From Styela clava (lineage: Eukaryota): a stretch of DNA of 64,000 bases. Every line of letters begins with the position of its first letter. Positions within the stretch are counted from its first letter, which is position 1. Location: NCBI RefSeq assembly GCF_964204865.1, contig NC_135250.1, positions 7,316,001-7,380,000 on the forward strand, written 5' to 3'. The translations under genes were made by a program, and so were the position numbers. Under the pieces are notes generated by a model, which searched no databases, was not told where the DNA came from, and was given only the letters and a program-made list of their open reading frames with translations. Shown here piece by piece: positions 28,261-39,456 of this stretch.

Positions 28261-28896
28261 GGGTCTTACTACTTACTGAATACAGCGCGAAACACCGCAA
28301 AGAGCGCAGAACAGCGCGAAACAGAGGGAAACAGCGCAAAACAGGAGACGCAGTCATTACCACCTCCTGCCACGAAAAAACCACGGCGCCTCTCGCCATT
28401 GTTTTATGGCGCTATTTCCGGTATATTTACAAGGTTATGTACCGGATTATAAGTCACCATGCGAAATTTTATCTACGGTACCTTTTTGGTGCTCCAGAAG
28501 TATGTGCACCAATATGTCGCACAACCTGAATCCGCTACACACACATACACACATACTATTTTCAGGTTGTGCGCCATCTTGGTGCACATACTTCAGGAGG
28601 TCCCTTTTTACCTAACCCTAAAGCCAACCATATTCATATGGAAAATGTTCTAAATTATGGTACCTGCCATTACAGCATTACTGGCTACATACGTTGGTTT
28701 GTGTTTTTAATTCGCTGCCGTGGTACTCCAACTCAGAACAAGATGCCCCGAACTCATTGCAAAAATTTTTTCTGCTTCACACTGTTTCCCTATGTTTTGC
28801 GCTCTTTCGCGCTGTTTCCTCACTGTTTTGTGCTGTTTCCCTCTGTTTCGCGCTCTTTGCGGTGTTTTGCGCTGTATTCAGTAAGTAGTAAGACCG
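28261..28896 (+). mobile_element. Foldback-type MITE copy 1 (Mutator/Merlin-like)
   Basis: TIR (G/C)GGTCTTACTACTTACTGAATA plus 10-bp subterminal repeats (AAACAGCGC[A/G]); 8-bp TSD GATGCAAG at 28253-28260 and 28897-28904. Confidence 0.92.
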
Positions 28897-30499
28897 GATG
28901 CAAGTCAAGTGTATATGGAATTAAGCATACAGTATATATTTAGACCTGACTAGGCTAAATAGATGATTATCAAACTATAATATAAAATTTTAATTGCATC
29001 AAAGATTGTTTTATAGCCTTTAATGGCCTTTATACTTGAACCAAATAAATGTAATTCCGGAATCTGGACCAACAGATAATCCATATTTATAGAATTAATT
29101 TCATTTCAAAATGGCAAAAGCTCCATTCTTATTATATGTTCATCAAAACTATGGTATACTGTATATCAGCAATGCAACGTAGTAAGGTTAACTTGAATAG
29201 GTCTAGGTAAAGGGTAACTGATACTCAGAGTTAAAGCGTGAGAAACTGAAGTTATGGAACATAGGTATAGTCACAAACCACAGACCGGCCATAATAAAAG
29301 TTATTTCATAATGCACAATAACATGGAGATTTTTATATCATGGAGATGAGCTGCTCAGTTTCACCCTCAATTAGGGCTTACTGGCTTATAATAAAATTTC
29401 ATCAGATATTATTAAAAGAAGGCATTCGCAAAACAACAAGAACAGCATAAATCAGAAATGAAGCTCTTGATACACTTTTTATGAAAAAGATTCACGAGTT
29501 CCCAAATATAAGTGTTTTGCAAAGATTTCTCCCATTTTCAGACTTTATTAATAAAGAAAGACGAGTATTATACTTTAATAGGGAAGGTACTTAGTCCAGT
29601 GGTTTCTATAACAAGAAGAAAACACAATGAATTTGATGAAGTTTAAATAGAATATACTTTTTCTTGTTTACACTATCAAACGCCAATTTCTGAAAACTAT
29701 CTTTCGGGTCTACTAGTGTAGTTTAGCACCACAAGTATTTCTGGTGGGCATAGCATAACGAATTTTGCATATGTCATTCCTGTAATAAATATTGTTTTCG
29801 ATACCTATGTTATATTCAATATGTTAATTTTTATATGAAATAAATTTTCATACAAGCAATGCCTTCCATCGTGCATTTTCATAGAAGCGATGGACCAACT
29901 GATGAATACCCTGACCCCATAACAGATTCTTGTCGCCCAAAGCACCATCAAATAGTGAGGTAAGGATTACTTATACCATAATTTAACTTTGGATCATAAT
30001 TTAACAGGATCTGTCACCAGATACTTCATTTGATACAGAGACATGCGAATCTGACGAAAGTGAGGAAAGATTGTCAGGGATCCAACCAGATTTGCCCCCA
30101 GACTCTTCAGTTGAAACTACCTCAAGTGCCGCTAATGAAAATGACAGTGCTTTGTCAGACAGCAGAAAAATGTAAGCAAGCATCATCATCATTTTATTTT
30201 GGTTCTCTGGCATAAAACAACACAAAAGTCAACATACAAACAAAACGCAGAGAAAACTTGAAGTCGAGCATAACTTTGATATAGATTTCACCTACAAGAA
30301 AACGAAATAATAATAATACAAGGGCACGAAAGCATTAACAAGATTCAGAATCAGGCAACACTTTTAACGTAATTCAAAATGAGAAAGCACACTTCTTCCA
30401 GCATTGGTGTCATATTTGCTAACTGTAAAAATGATGAATAAAGAAGGAAAATTAATATTGAAGACTTGGGACTTCATGCTGAATTTTTTACAATCTATT

Positions 30500-32066
30500 G
30501 GTGATAAAATGATGTTACTTTATGGAGGATGCTTCGCATGCAAGCCATGTCCGGTGTGACCCTGGTGATTGCAATATCATTTTTATGCGGACTGCAAAGT
30601 CACACCAAGCTGCTTTTGATACCAGAAGTTGGCCCTGCACTTGGTAGTAACTGTGGTGTGTGATAAATATCCTTATTTTGTTAGGTTGTTTTGCATTTAT
30701 CACTGTCATATAAATTACAACTTGTTCATAATCACCTGATAACTTTAGAACAGAACCAAGTGGTGGGTGTTTGCCCATCTGACTATGGGCTCAGTGAGCG
30801 CAATTCTCCCATATTATCAGGAGATGAAACCAGTCAGCTTTAATAAAATAACTCAGCTGTAAAATCTTTGTGATGCATTATGTCTGTGAATGGAATTGTG
30901 AAATGAATTTAATTCTATTATTTTGACGTTCCATTGCTTCCATGGTTTCAGTTTGTTGTGCCTAAAAGCATATATCTGGTGTGTATTTTTATCCTATACA
31001 ACACAATATCTGGAAAACTATATAATTTGTAGTAATTTTTTTGGATATTTTTTCTTGCTCGTTTTTTCATCATATATTTTTTATAATCTGTTATATTCTA
31101 TTTTTACACTGAATGAATAAACTATATTGTGAAACCTATCAGATACCCGACTGTTTTTGGTTGAACCGGTATGATCGGAACTATGGCTCGATCTAACTTT
31201 GTGGGCTTAGCACAAACTACAGACGACAAAACTGTTGGATCTATTTTGTTCCCTCCAAATAGGTTGTTACCAATGCTGGTAACAGCTTGTACATGCTTGG
31301 CTCGGCGTAAAATCTTTTATCCCCTCAATTTCATCTGTTGGATAGTCTTGGTTAGTCCAACGATATGGCAACAAGCACCAGTAGTTCTGATTAATATGTA
31401 ACAATTTTCAAACCATGTTTACCACTATAACATTATTGGTCTTGTAATTTTATGTGGTATGTAATCGATCATAATACCTCAATAAACCTGTTGAATCTAA
31501 TCTTTCGATAATTTGCACCCATCTTACTGAGCTAATAAATCTGTGTTTCTATGATATGGCATAAACTTAAGTGCCCTCACCGTGCCTAGCATGTACAAAT
31601 TGCATCAGAGACTTGGTGACTATCCAGCGACACCCCTTTTTTGAAGATGATGTGGTGGCAGAGCCTCCTGAACTTATCTATAGCACTTGGCTTTGAACTC
31701 CAGCGTTGAACCAAGATTGACGACTGAACCATCATGAACGTATCTGAAAAAAATATTCATCTGTTCATAATTACAGATTGCTGTAGTTTGTGCAAAAAAG
31801 ACTTTTTAAACTGCCCCTGCATTTCTATACTAAACCCACCACTTTAGTCCTAACTTGGACGCTATCTATTAGTCTATAAACCATGGGATACCGGTACGGT
31901 ACCGGTACCGGTAGTCACACAGTCCTCTGACATTCTTCAACCATATAAGTTAAATAGGCTATCACCTTTCAATGAAAAGTTTTGTATCCTTCTCCAGCTG
32001 GTGGAAAGAAAAGTTCTTGGAGAACAAAGTCATAGAAAAGTCATCTCTGAGTCTGAGTGATTCCAT
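30500..32066 (-). pseudogene. Decayed SWIM + YqaJ-exonuclease ORF of an ISL2EU/PHIS-type DNA transposon
   Basis: In order on the minus strand: FIE(R)YVHD..KAKCYR..PPH (spliced 31966 to 31743), GACCHIVGL..ACTS..W..KIDP (~31390-31230), HHSYYQVQGQLLVSKAAWCDF (~30660-30595). Multiple stops and frameshifts. Confidence 0.7.
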
Positions 32067-32265
32067 TTTTGTATGTTAATGAAGCTTTTGGAACTAAGTT
32101 AGGTACGGTGACGGCAATGTGAAGGCGGAATAACGTTAATAATAGATCACTTGACAATATCTTATAACTTTAGAAGCACGAAAATACCGCCATCACTCTG
32201 TCACTAGTGAAATTCCATTCGAAGGCCTTTAAAGCGAGCAACGTACCACTCTATCGCCCTACACA

Positions 32266-33063
32266 CGGTCTTACTACTTACTGAATACAGCGCGAAACAC
32301 CGCAAAGAGCGCAAAACAGCGCGAAACAGCGCAAAACAGCGCGAAACAGCGCAAAACAGAGGGAAACAGCGCAAAACAGTGTGAAAACAGCGCGAAAGAG
32401 CGCAAAACAGAGGGAAACAGTGTGAAGCAGAAAAAAAATTTGCAATGAGTTCGGGGCACCTTGTTTTGAGTTGGAGTACCACGGCAGCAAATTAAAAACA
32501 CAAACCAACGTATGTAGCCAGTAATGCTGTAATGGCAGGTCTGCCCCTGCTGGAGACACATTTTGGGTACCATAATTTAGAACATTTTTCATATGGATAT
32601 GGTTGGCTTTAGGGTTAGGGTTAGGTAAAAAGGGATCTCCAGAAGTATGTGCACCAAGATGGCGCACAACCTGAAAATAGTATGTGTGTGTGTGTGTGTG
32701 TAGCGGATTCAGGTTGTGCGACATATTGCTGCACATACTTCTGGAGCACCAAAAAGGTAGATAAAATTTCGCATGATGACCTATAATCCGGTACATAACC
32801 TTGTAAATATGCCGGAAATAGCGCCATAAAACCATGGCGAGAGGCGCCGTGATTCTTTCGTGGCAGGAGGTGGTAATGACTGCGTCTCCTGTTTTGCGCT
32901 GTTTCCCTCTGTTTTGCGCTGGTTTCCTTCTGTTTCGCGCTGTTTTCCTCTGTTTTGCGCTGTTTCGCGCTATTTTGCGCTGTTTCGCGCTCTTTTGCGC
33001 TGTTTCGCGCTGTTTTGCGCTCTTTGCGGTGTTTCGCGCTGTATTCAGTAAGTAGTAAGACCC
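32266..33063 (-). mobile_element. Foldback-type MITE copy 2 (inverted)
   Basis: Same TIRs and internal sequence as copy 1 in reverse; 9-bp TSD CCCTACACA at 32257-32265 and 33064-33072. Confidence 0.93.
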
Positions 33064-33234
33064 CCCTACACAAGCCTAGGTCCATTTTTGCAATGCATAA
33101 CAACAAGACGTGAAGCTGCCTTTGTTTATTTATTATATTTCAACGTGAATCTGTTGGCCACGATCTGACACCTAGTGGTAGTTTACTACTTACCGTCGTC
33201 TGCACAACTTTTTCGCAGCGAAACGCGGGTAGAC

Positions 33235-34014
33235 GGGTCTTACTACTTACTGAATACAGCGCGAAACACCGCAAAAAGCGCGAAACAGCGCAAAAGAGCG
33301 CGAAACAGCGCAAAATAGCGCGAAACAGAGAAAAACAGCGCGAAACAGAAGGAAACCAGCGCAAAACAGAGGGAAACAGCGCAAAACAGGAGACGCAGTC
33401 ATTACCACCTCCTGCCACGAAAGAACCACGGCGCCTCTCGCCATGGTTTTATGGCGCTATTTCCGGTATATTTACAAGGTTATGTACCGGATTATAGGTC
33501 ATCATGCGAAATTTTATCTACCTTTTTGGTGCTCCAGAAGTATGTGCAGCAATATGTCGCACAACCTGAATCCGCTACACACACACACACACACACATAC
33601 TATTTTCAGGCTGTGCGCCATCTTGGTGCACATACTTCTGGAGGTCCCTTTTTACCTAACCCTAACCCTAAAGCCAACCATATCCACATGGAAAATGTTC
33701 TAAATTATGGTACCCAAAATGTGTCACCAGCAGGGGCAGACCTGCCATTACAGCATTACTGGCTACATACGTTGGTTTGTGTTTTTAATTTGCTGCCGTG
33801 GTAATCCAACTCAAAACAAGGTGCCCCGAACTCATTGCAAAATTTTTTTCTGCTTCACACTGTTTCCCTCTGTTTTGCGCTCTTTCGCGCTGTTTTGCGC
33901 TGTTTCCCCACTATTTTGCGCTGTTTCCCTCTGTTTTGCGCTGTTTCGCGCTCTTTTGCGCTGTTTCGCGCTCTTTGCGGTGTTTCGCGCTTTATTCAGT
34001 AAGTAGTAAGACCG
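33235..34014 (+). mobile_element. Foldback-type MITE copy 3
   Basis: Same TIRs; 9-bp TSD CGGGTAGAC at 33226-33234 and 34015-34023. Confidence 0.93.
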
Positions 34015-34779
34015 CGGGTAGACTGGCGTTTTTAGTAAGAAAACCTTGTTGAATCTTTGCAATAATGGAGAACAAGTATGCGGGAAGTGGTAGAGAAAGG
34101 CGTTAATGGTAAGATATACCGGAATATCATCACACGAAAAGCATCTGTTCAAAATATCATAAAGGAAAGCCTCAAATGGTGAGGCACTGTACCGGTATCA
34201 ATGGACCTAGCCTATGCCAGAAACAGCCGTGGACCAAATTACCAATAGCGATCAATTCGTTTGCCGTAAGTAGTTTTGCGTCTAAATTAATTTAGTTACC
34301 GATGTTTTTGTATCATATAGTTTGCTCATTCGGTATTCATATCCAGCTGCACCAGGACATTAAATTACTCCATACGGTATGTTAACGCAGCTGGTTTACA
34401 AATAAGTAATATAGTTGTTTTGCAGATATTCATCATTCGGGTTTAGTGAACCAGAGTAACTGTTCAAAACGCTGCGGTACAGTTAGTCTGCATGTTCAGT
34501 TTTTCAAAAAAATGGGGAAACTGAACATCAGATATATTCATAACAGGTGTAAAGTTTTAAGAGTTGTATTTGTATCCTTTTTGCTCTTAGAAATTGGTGA
34601 GATTGAAGGACAGCCTGCTTGGTTAACAAAAATAGCAAAATATAAAGACATGATCAAACATTTTAAGATATATATGTACAATAATTGACTGTCGATGCAT
34701 GTGTATTGTACTGGTAAAATGTTTTATAATATATTCCAATGAAAAAATAGTTTTCGGTAATAAACCGAAAAAGGTTGTT

Positions 34780-35750
34780 TTTCATAATTGCAAAATTGAT
34801 GCAAGCAGTTATTGACTTTTCCCCAATTTTTGTTTACAGAGACTGCTGTTGATATTTGATCTTCAATATGCCAAAAAAGAATGCACTCTATGCTGTGGCA
34901 GTATGCTGTCTTTGTGATTGAGGTATTGCTCGATGCCTTTTTTGTGCATGCCTCAACATTTATACTGCTATACACTACCAGGCCAGCGGTTCCCAACCAA
35001 AGGCCCGTGGCACATAAAGTATTTGGAGGGGGCCATCAGTAGGTTATTTCAGTGTGTCTTCCCTTTGTTGAGCATGTAGTGTTTGAACATAATAGGATTA
35101 GGAATCTACCAATGAAAATAACACTATAAATACCACTGAAATATTAAACAATGCCATGGGAAGGGAATTATATTTTATTACTGGCATCGCACAAATTCAT
35201 AGGCTTTACTTTTTTTTTTTTTTAAATTCCAATACACAGCTAAGACACAGCTAAAATACAAGATTTAAAATTTTTTTTCAAAATATCACAATTCACCTAA
35301 TTTTATACTGGAAAACATTTGGTGCTTCTAACCAACTTCTATTGTAGATAGAAGTCAATTTAGTCTTGAACCAATTTCTTGTTTTTGTTTAGCAGGTGTT
35401 CTCATTGTTGATTAAGCTTCCATCAATGTAATGAGATGTCTACGGTTTAGGAAATAGCCATTTTCATGTCAATGTTGTGCAGTCGATAGTGTCCTGTTTG
35501 GCGTGGAATAAACACCTGCATCGAGATAATATTTTCATGTGAAGAACACTCTCATAGCAGAGGAATTTGCAAAATGTGAGCCGTCTATGTTTTCTTGTAA
35601 CAGATTGTCTTCACTTTTACGACATTAAAAATATAATGGACCACTCCCTTGTCAATTGTGATCTTGACAATCAAATGTAAATTCGTTATAATTCTGCCAC
35701 TTGTTCATCTTGCACCACCAAATTTGACCAGGATCTCTTCCAGTCCCTAA
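34780..35750 (-). pseudogene. Degenerate Harbinger/PIF-type DDE transposase remnant
   Basis: Minus-strand IDGSHF (35588-35571; cf. IDGTH) followed downstream by FFGILK (34878-34861) and ITAC..NF; heavily disrupted. Confidence 0.5.
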
Positions 35751-36732
35751 ATTAATGTGTAAAATATTTACTCATAAAAAGTAATGACAAAAAATCTTTG
35801 GAAGTTGGAAAATACTGTACAATTTCTGTACAATATTTCTAATGGAACAATCGTCAATAATATCATAAAACTTGCTATATAGTCTATTATATAGTAGATT
35901 CTTGAGACTTATTCATTTATTTTGTTATATCATCTGCCAGCAATTCAATGAGATGTGTTTTTAATAATCCCATAATACAGTATTATGAGAAAAGTTCGCA
36001 TGTTCCAGTTTCGATATTTTGACAACAAGATTTGTAGAAGAGCATGGACTAATAGATCAAAGCGACTAATTTTGGTATAGACTGGGAGATCGTGATAAGA
36101 TCGAAGTCACCCGCTATCAAAATGAACATAATTACTTAATTTTCAGGCGCATTGGGACCGTGTTTATTTAAATATGATTATCAGTATGTAAAAAGTATAT
36201 ACCGGTATGTATGCTCAATTTTCAGTTTTTATTGAAAGTTGCTAATTACTATTCTGACAAACTGTCAGATGAACTCTTATGCACAAGTTTGAACTGGAAT
36301 ATTCAATTTCTATAAAGTTTTGTTGTAATGGGGTATTTCAAATAGTCTTAACATCCCTTTCATAAGTATTTTTTGTTAGATTCTAACAAATATGATGATA
36401 TATTTGATATTGTTAAAATATTTAAATCATAAAAATAAATTGTTGTAAAGAACGGGCTATAATATAATTTTCGCAATGCCAAAAGATTTCAAGTAATGAA
36501 CACAATTTTATGCTGGTTTATTTGCTCAAGATTTCAAAATAATAACTTCAAAATTTTATTTACATAGGCTACCTAAGCTATGTTATATCGAGTATATAGA
36601 AGTTTTTTATTCATATCATCTCCAAGGTTTCCAAATTTGAGAAGAATATGTTATACAATTGTTATGTAAAATCTATGGTCTGAGCGACCAAAATCAAAAC
36701 AATAAAGGTCAAAGGTCGGGGAAAGGTCCATT

Positions 36733-37013
36733 ACTCTGCGTGGGTTCGCAGGTTAGAATCCCATGCAGGGATGGTTATGTGCGAGAGGATTGTTGGACTC
36801 CTTGCCGTCGTTGGGTGGTTTACGTAACCGCTGGTCGGTTACGGCTTCCTCCACCACCAAGTCCATGCTTCCGAAAACAAACAATACAGTAAAACTAATC
36901 CCATACCCGACTTGGAATGGTAACCGGACGAGAGACCGTGGTTCGCCATACGGATAGGCCGTCTTATCAGCTTTCCTCTCCCCCGGGATAAATATTTAAA
37001 TCCTATCCTATCC
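36733..37013 (+). mobile_element. tRNA-derived SINE
   Basis: B-box-like GGTTAGAATCCC and (ATCCT)n tail; related copies at 38674-38880(-) and 57266-57480(-). Confidence 0.75.
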
Positions 37014-37085
37014 ACTAACGTCAGCGATCTCTCTCATATCTGCATATTGGGATCGGTGCGAGTGTGACGAAAAAGCGAGAGAAAT

Positions 37086-37570
37086 GGACCTTTCCCCGAC
37101 CTTTAATCCCTGGAAATTCTTCCTATACTTTACCATTGCAAAATTTTCAGTGCTATTTTAGGAGTGCTTTTGCGAGTTGGCGCCTGTAAAATAGGGTATG
37201 TGTTTCAAACCATCATTATGATTCATCGCACACAACAATCTGTTTTTTAAAAGTACCGATAAAGAATTTCAGGCTAGTCTATCACAGCTATTTCTACACT
37301 AATTTTTATTACTGCAAATAAATTAAAACTCCTAGGAAGACAGAGTGATCATTGAATTATCTGATTTTTTATTTAAGTTTCCGAAACACAACTGAAAACT
37401 AACGAATAGAGTTCAAAAACGAGGTAATGTTTACAACCACGCTTAAAAATCTGTCTGAGTGAGAAAAGTGTCTGAGCGGATGTGAAAAGGGGGCATTGTT
37501 ACGTCACTTTTTGCATCTTGCTGATCGGCCAATGTCACGAAGTAAACAAGGAAGTCGATGCTCGGGGAAA
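37086..37570 (+). mobile_element. ~490-bp MITE-like repeat with GGACCTTTCCCCGA termini, copy 1
   Basis: Clear similarity to 39066-39456(+) and 40907-41394(-); right end interrupted by the (GTA)n tail of a LINE. Confidence 0.75.
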
Positions 37571-38430
37571 GTAGTAGTAGTAGTAGTATTTTATTTCGTC
37601 AACAATGTCAAATAGTATACATACAACATTTCAAAATTATTTTCAAGGCATTGTGACGAGGATGTGACGAAGCGACCGTTAGGTCATCGAGTCAGTCCCA
37701 ACCTTTAAAAAAATATAAAATTACCATTTTGTCAACGAATTTGAGTTAAAATAACACACACTGAAAATAAATTAACACACAAGAAAAACAAAACTCAATT
37801 GAATAAGTTAAAATCATACTATGTCGGATGGCATATGCACAGTATAATTCATGCCTAGTCCAACTCTAAAAGGGAATAATGGTCTTTTACAGTTAATGTT
37901 CTATAGTAGAGTCGTATATTTCACGAAAATAGGATTCCAAATTTGCTGATAATGCCAGTTCTATAAATATCATCGATTTCGACATTTAAAATCGTTGATG
38001 TGATTCAGACAGGAAATGAACTAACAATAAACTCCCTTATAATGGCTTAGTATTAGTTTATCATGTACTTTCAGTCATACATTCCATCCCTGGCCCTGTG
38101 ATTTTATTGAAAAATATGATATGACTGCACCATACTTGGAGTAGGTATAGAGAAATTTTAAACGTGAAAAAAAAATGTAAAATTAATGGTAATTTTCACA
38201 CGTAAAGGCGCGCATTAGAATGTTTACGTCTTTCTACGCGCATTTCCGTCGAAAAAATAACATTTTTTGCATTGAGGGGGACTGTGAAGAAATAATTAGA
38301 GGTGTGACATCATCAAAATTGTCAATTGAAGCCTTGAACTTGAAAATTCTGTAAATACAATCATGAATTTTAGAGTTACCATTCTTGCTATAATAGTGGT
38401 TTTGGTGTTCTGTTGGAAAATAACACAAGA
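37571..38430 (-). mobile_element. 5'-truncated, decayed CR1/L2-type LINE 3' end
   Basis: Minus strand ends AATAAAA(TAC)n; remnant FSIKITGP../WN at ~38115-38080 resembles the C-terminus of L2/CR1 ORF2. Confidence 0.5.
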
Positions 38431-38673
38431 AAACGTTGAAATAAAAATTAATTAATTAGGAATAATTATTAACCCTCTACTAGACACAAAATCTTGCAAG
38501 TTCAAGGTTGTTCAATAGAAATTTTGTCGCATAGAAAAAATATTATTAGAAGCAAGTGTTTTAAACATATATAGCTGAATAGAACTCTAAAAAGTCATTT
38601 AGGGCTTGATGGTTGACAATAAAAATATTTTAAAAAAACCCATGTAAAATGGCCCCAAATGTACAAGCACCTT

Positions 38674-38880
38674 TAGGATAGGATTTATCTGGGGGGTGGG
38701 GGCCAGTTATTCGTTTTCAGAAGCATGGTGGGGGATGGTCGTAACCGATCAGCGGTCGTGTGAACCACCCTCAGTGGGAGGAGAGCTGCAATCCTCTCGC
38801 ACATAACTATCCCCGCATGAGATTGGAACCTGTGAAACTACCAGGGTGATCAGAGATGCGGGGGCGAGCGTATTCCTAGA
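38674..38880 (-). mobile_element. SINE copy (diverged, internally deleted)
   Basis: Shares TAGGATAGGATT tail and CGTAACCGA..AGCGG core with 36733-37013. Confidence 0.6.
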
Positions 38881-39065
38881 TGGCGAATTCAATTGAATTC
38901 TGGTTATTTTTTGCATGACCACTGGTGTTAAACTTTAGTTATCTGTTCAACCTTCCACACCTAGTAATAGATTACCTGCTAATTAGGGAAACAATACCTT
39001 ATGGCAATTGATAATTGATTTCTTACCGCCTTACACAAGCATAATGGTGGTTTGAAACCATTGAG

Positions 39066-39456
39066 GTGTACCTGTTTCGAACCATCATTATGATTCGTCG
39101 CATACAACAATCTGTTTTTTAAAAGTACCGGTAAAATTTTTTAGCCTAGTCTATCACAGCTATTTCCAGACTAATTTTTTATTACTGCAATTAAATTAAA
39201 ACTCCTAGGAAGACAAAGTGATCATTGAATTATCTGATTTATATTGAAGTTTCCGAAACACAACTGAAAACTAACGAATATGGTTTAAAAACGCGAAAAC
39301 GAGGTAATGTTTACGACCACGCTTGAAAATCTGTCTGGGTAGGAAAAATGTTTGAGCGGATGCGAAAAGGGAGCATTGTTACGTCACTTTTTGCATCTTG
39401 CTGATTAGCCAATGTAACGAAGTAAACAAAGAAGTCGATGCTCGGGGGGAAGGTCC
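39066..39456 (+). mobile_element. GGACC-terminated MITE-like repeat, copy 2 (left-truncated)
   Basis: Aligns by eye to 37200-37570; ends CTCGGGGGGAAGGTCC, the inverted match to the left terminus. Confidence 0.75.

Noticed and set aside
32285-32420. Short repeat array superficially like a CRISPR or iteron array
   Set aside because: No unique spacers, no cas genes, eukaryotic context; these are subterminal repeats of a TIR element.
32609-32626. TTAGGG telomere-like hexamers
   Set aside because: Only 2-3 units, embedded in dispersed MITEs; not a telomere or fusion site.
32204-34152. Dense cluster of overlapping ORFs (CFALF-rich) in the ORF track, also at 28187-28943
   Set aside because: Artefacts of stop-free 10-bp tandem repeats in MITE arms; no protein signature.
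36740-36765. tRNA gene
   Set aside because: Only a B-box-like motif within a SINE; no cloverleaf seen. No rRNA or tRNA genes could be supported in the window.
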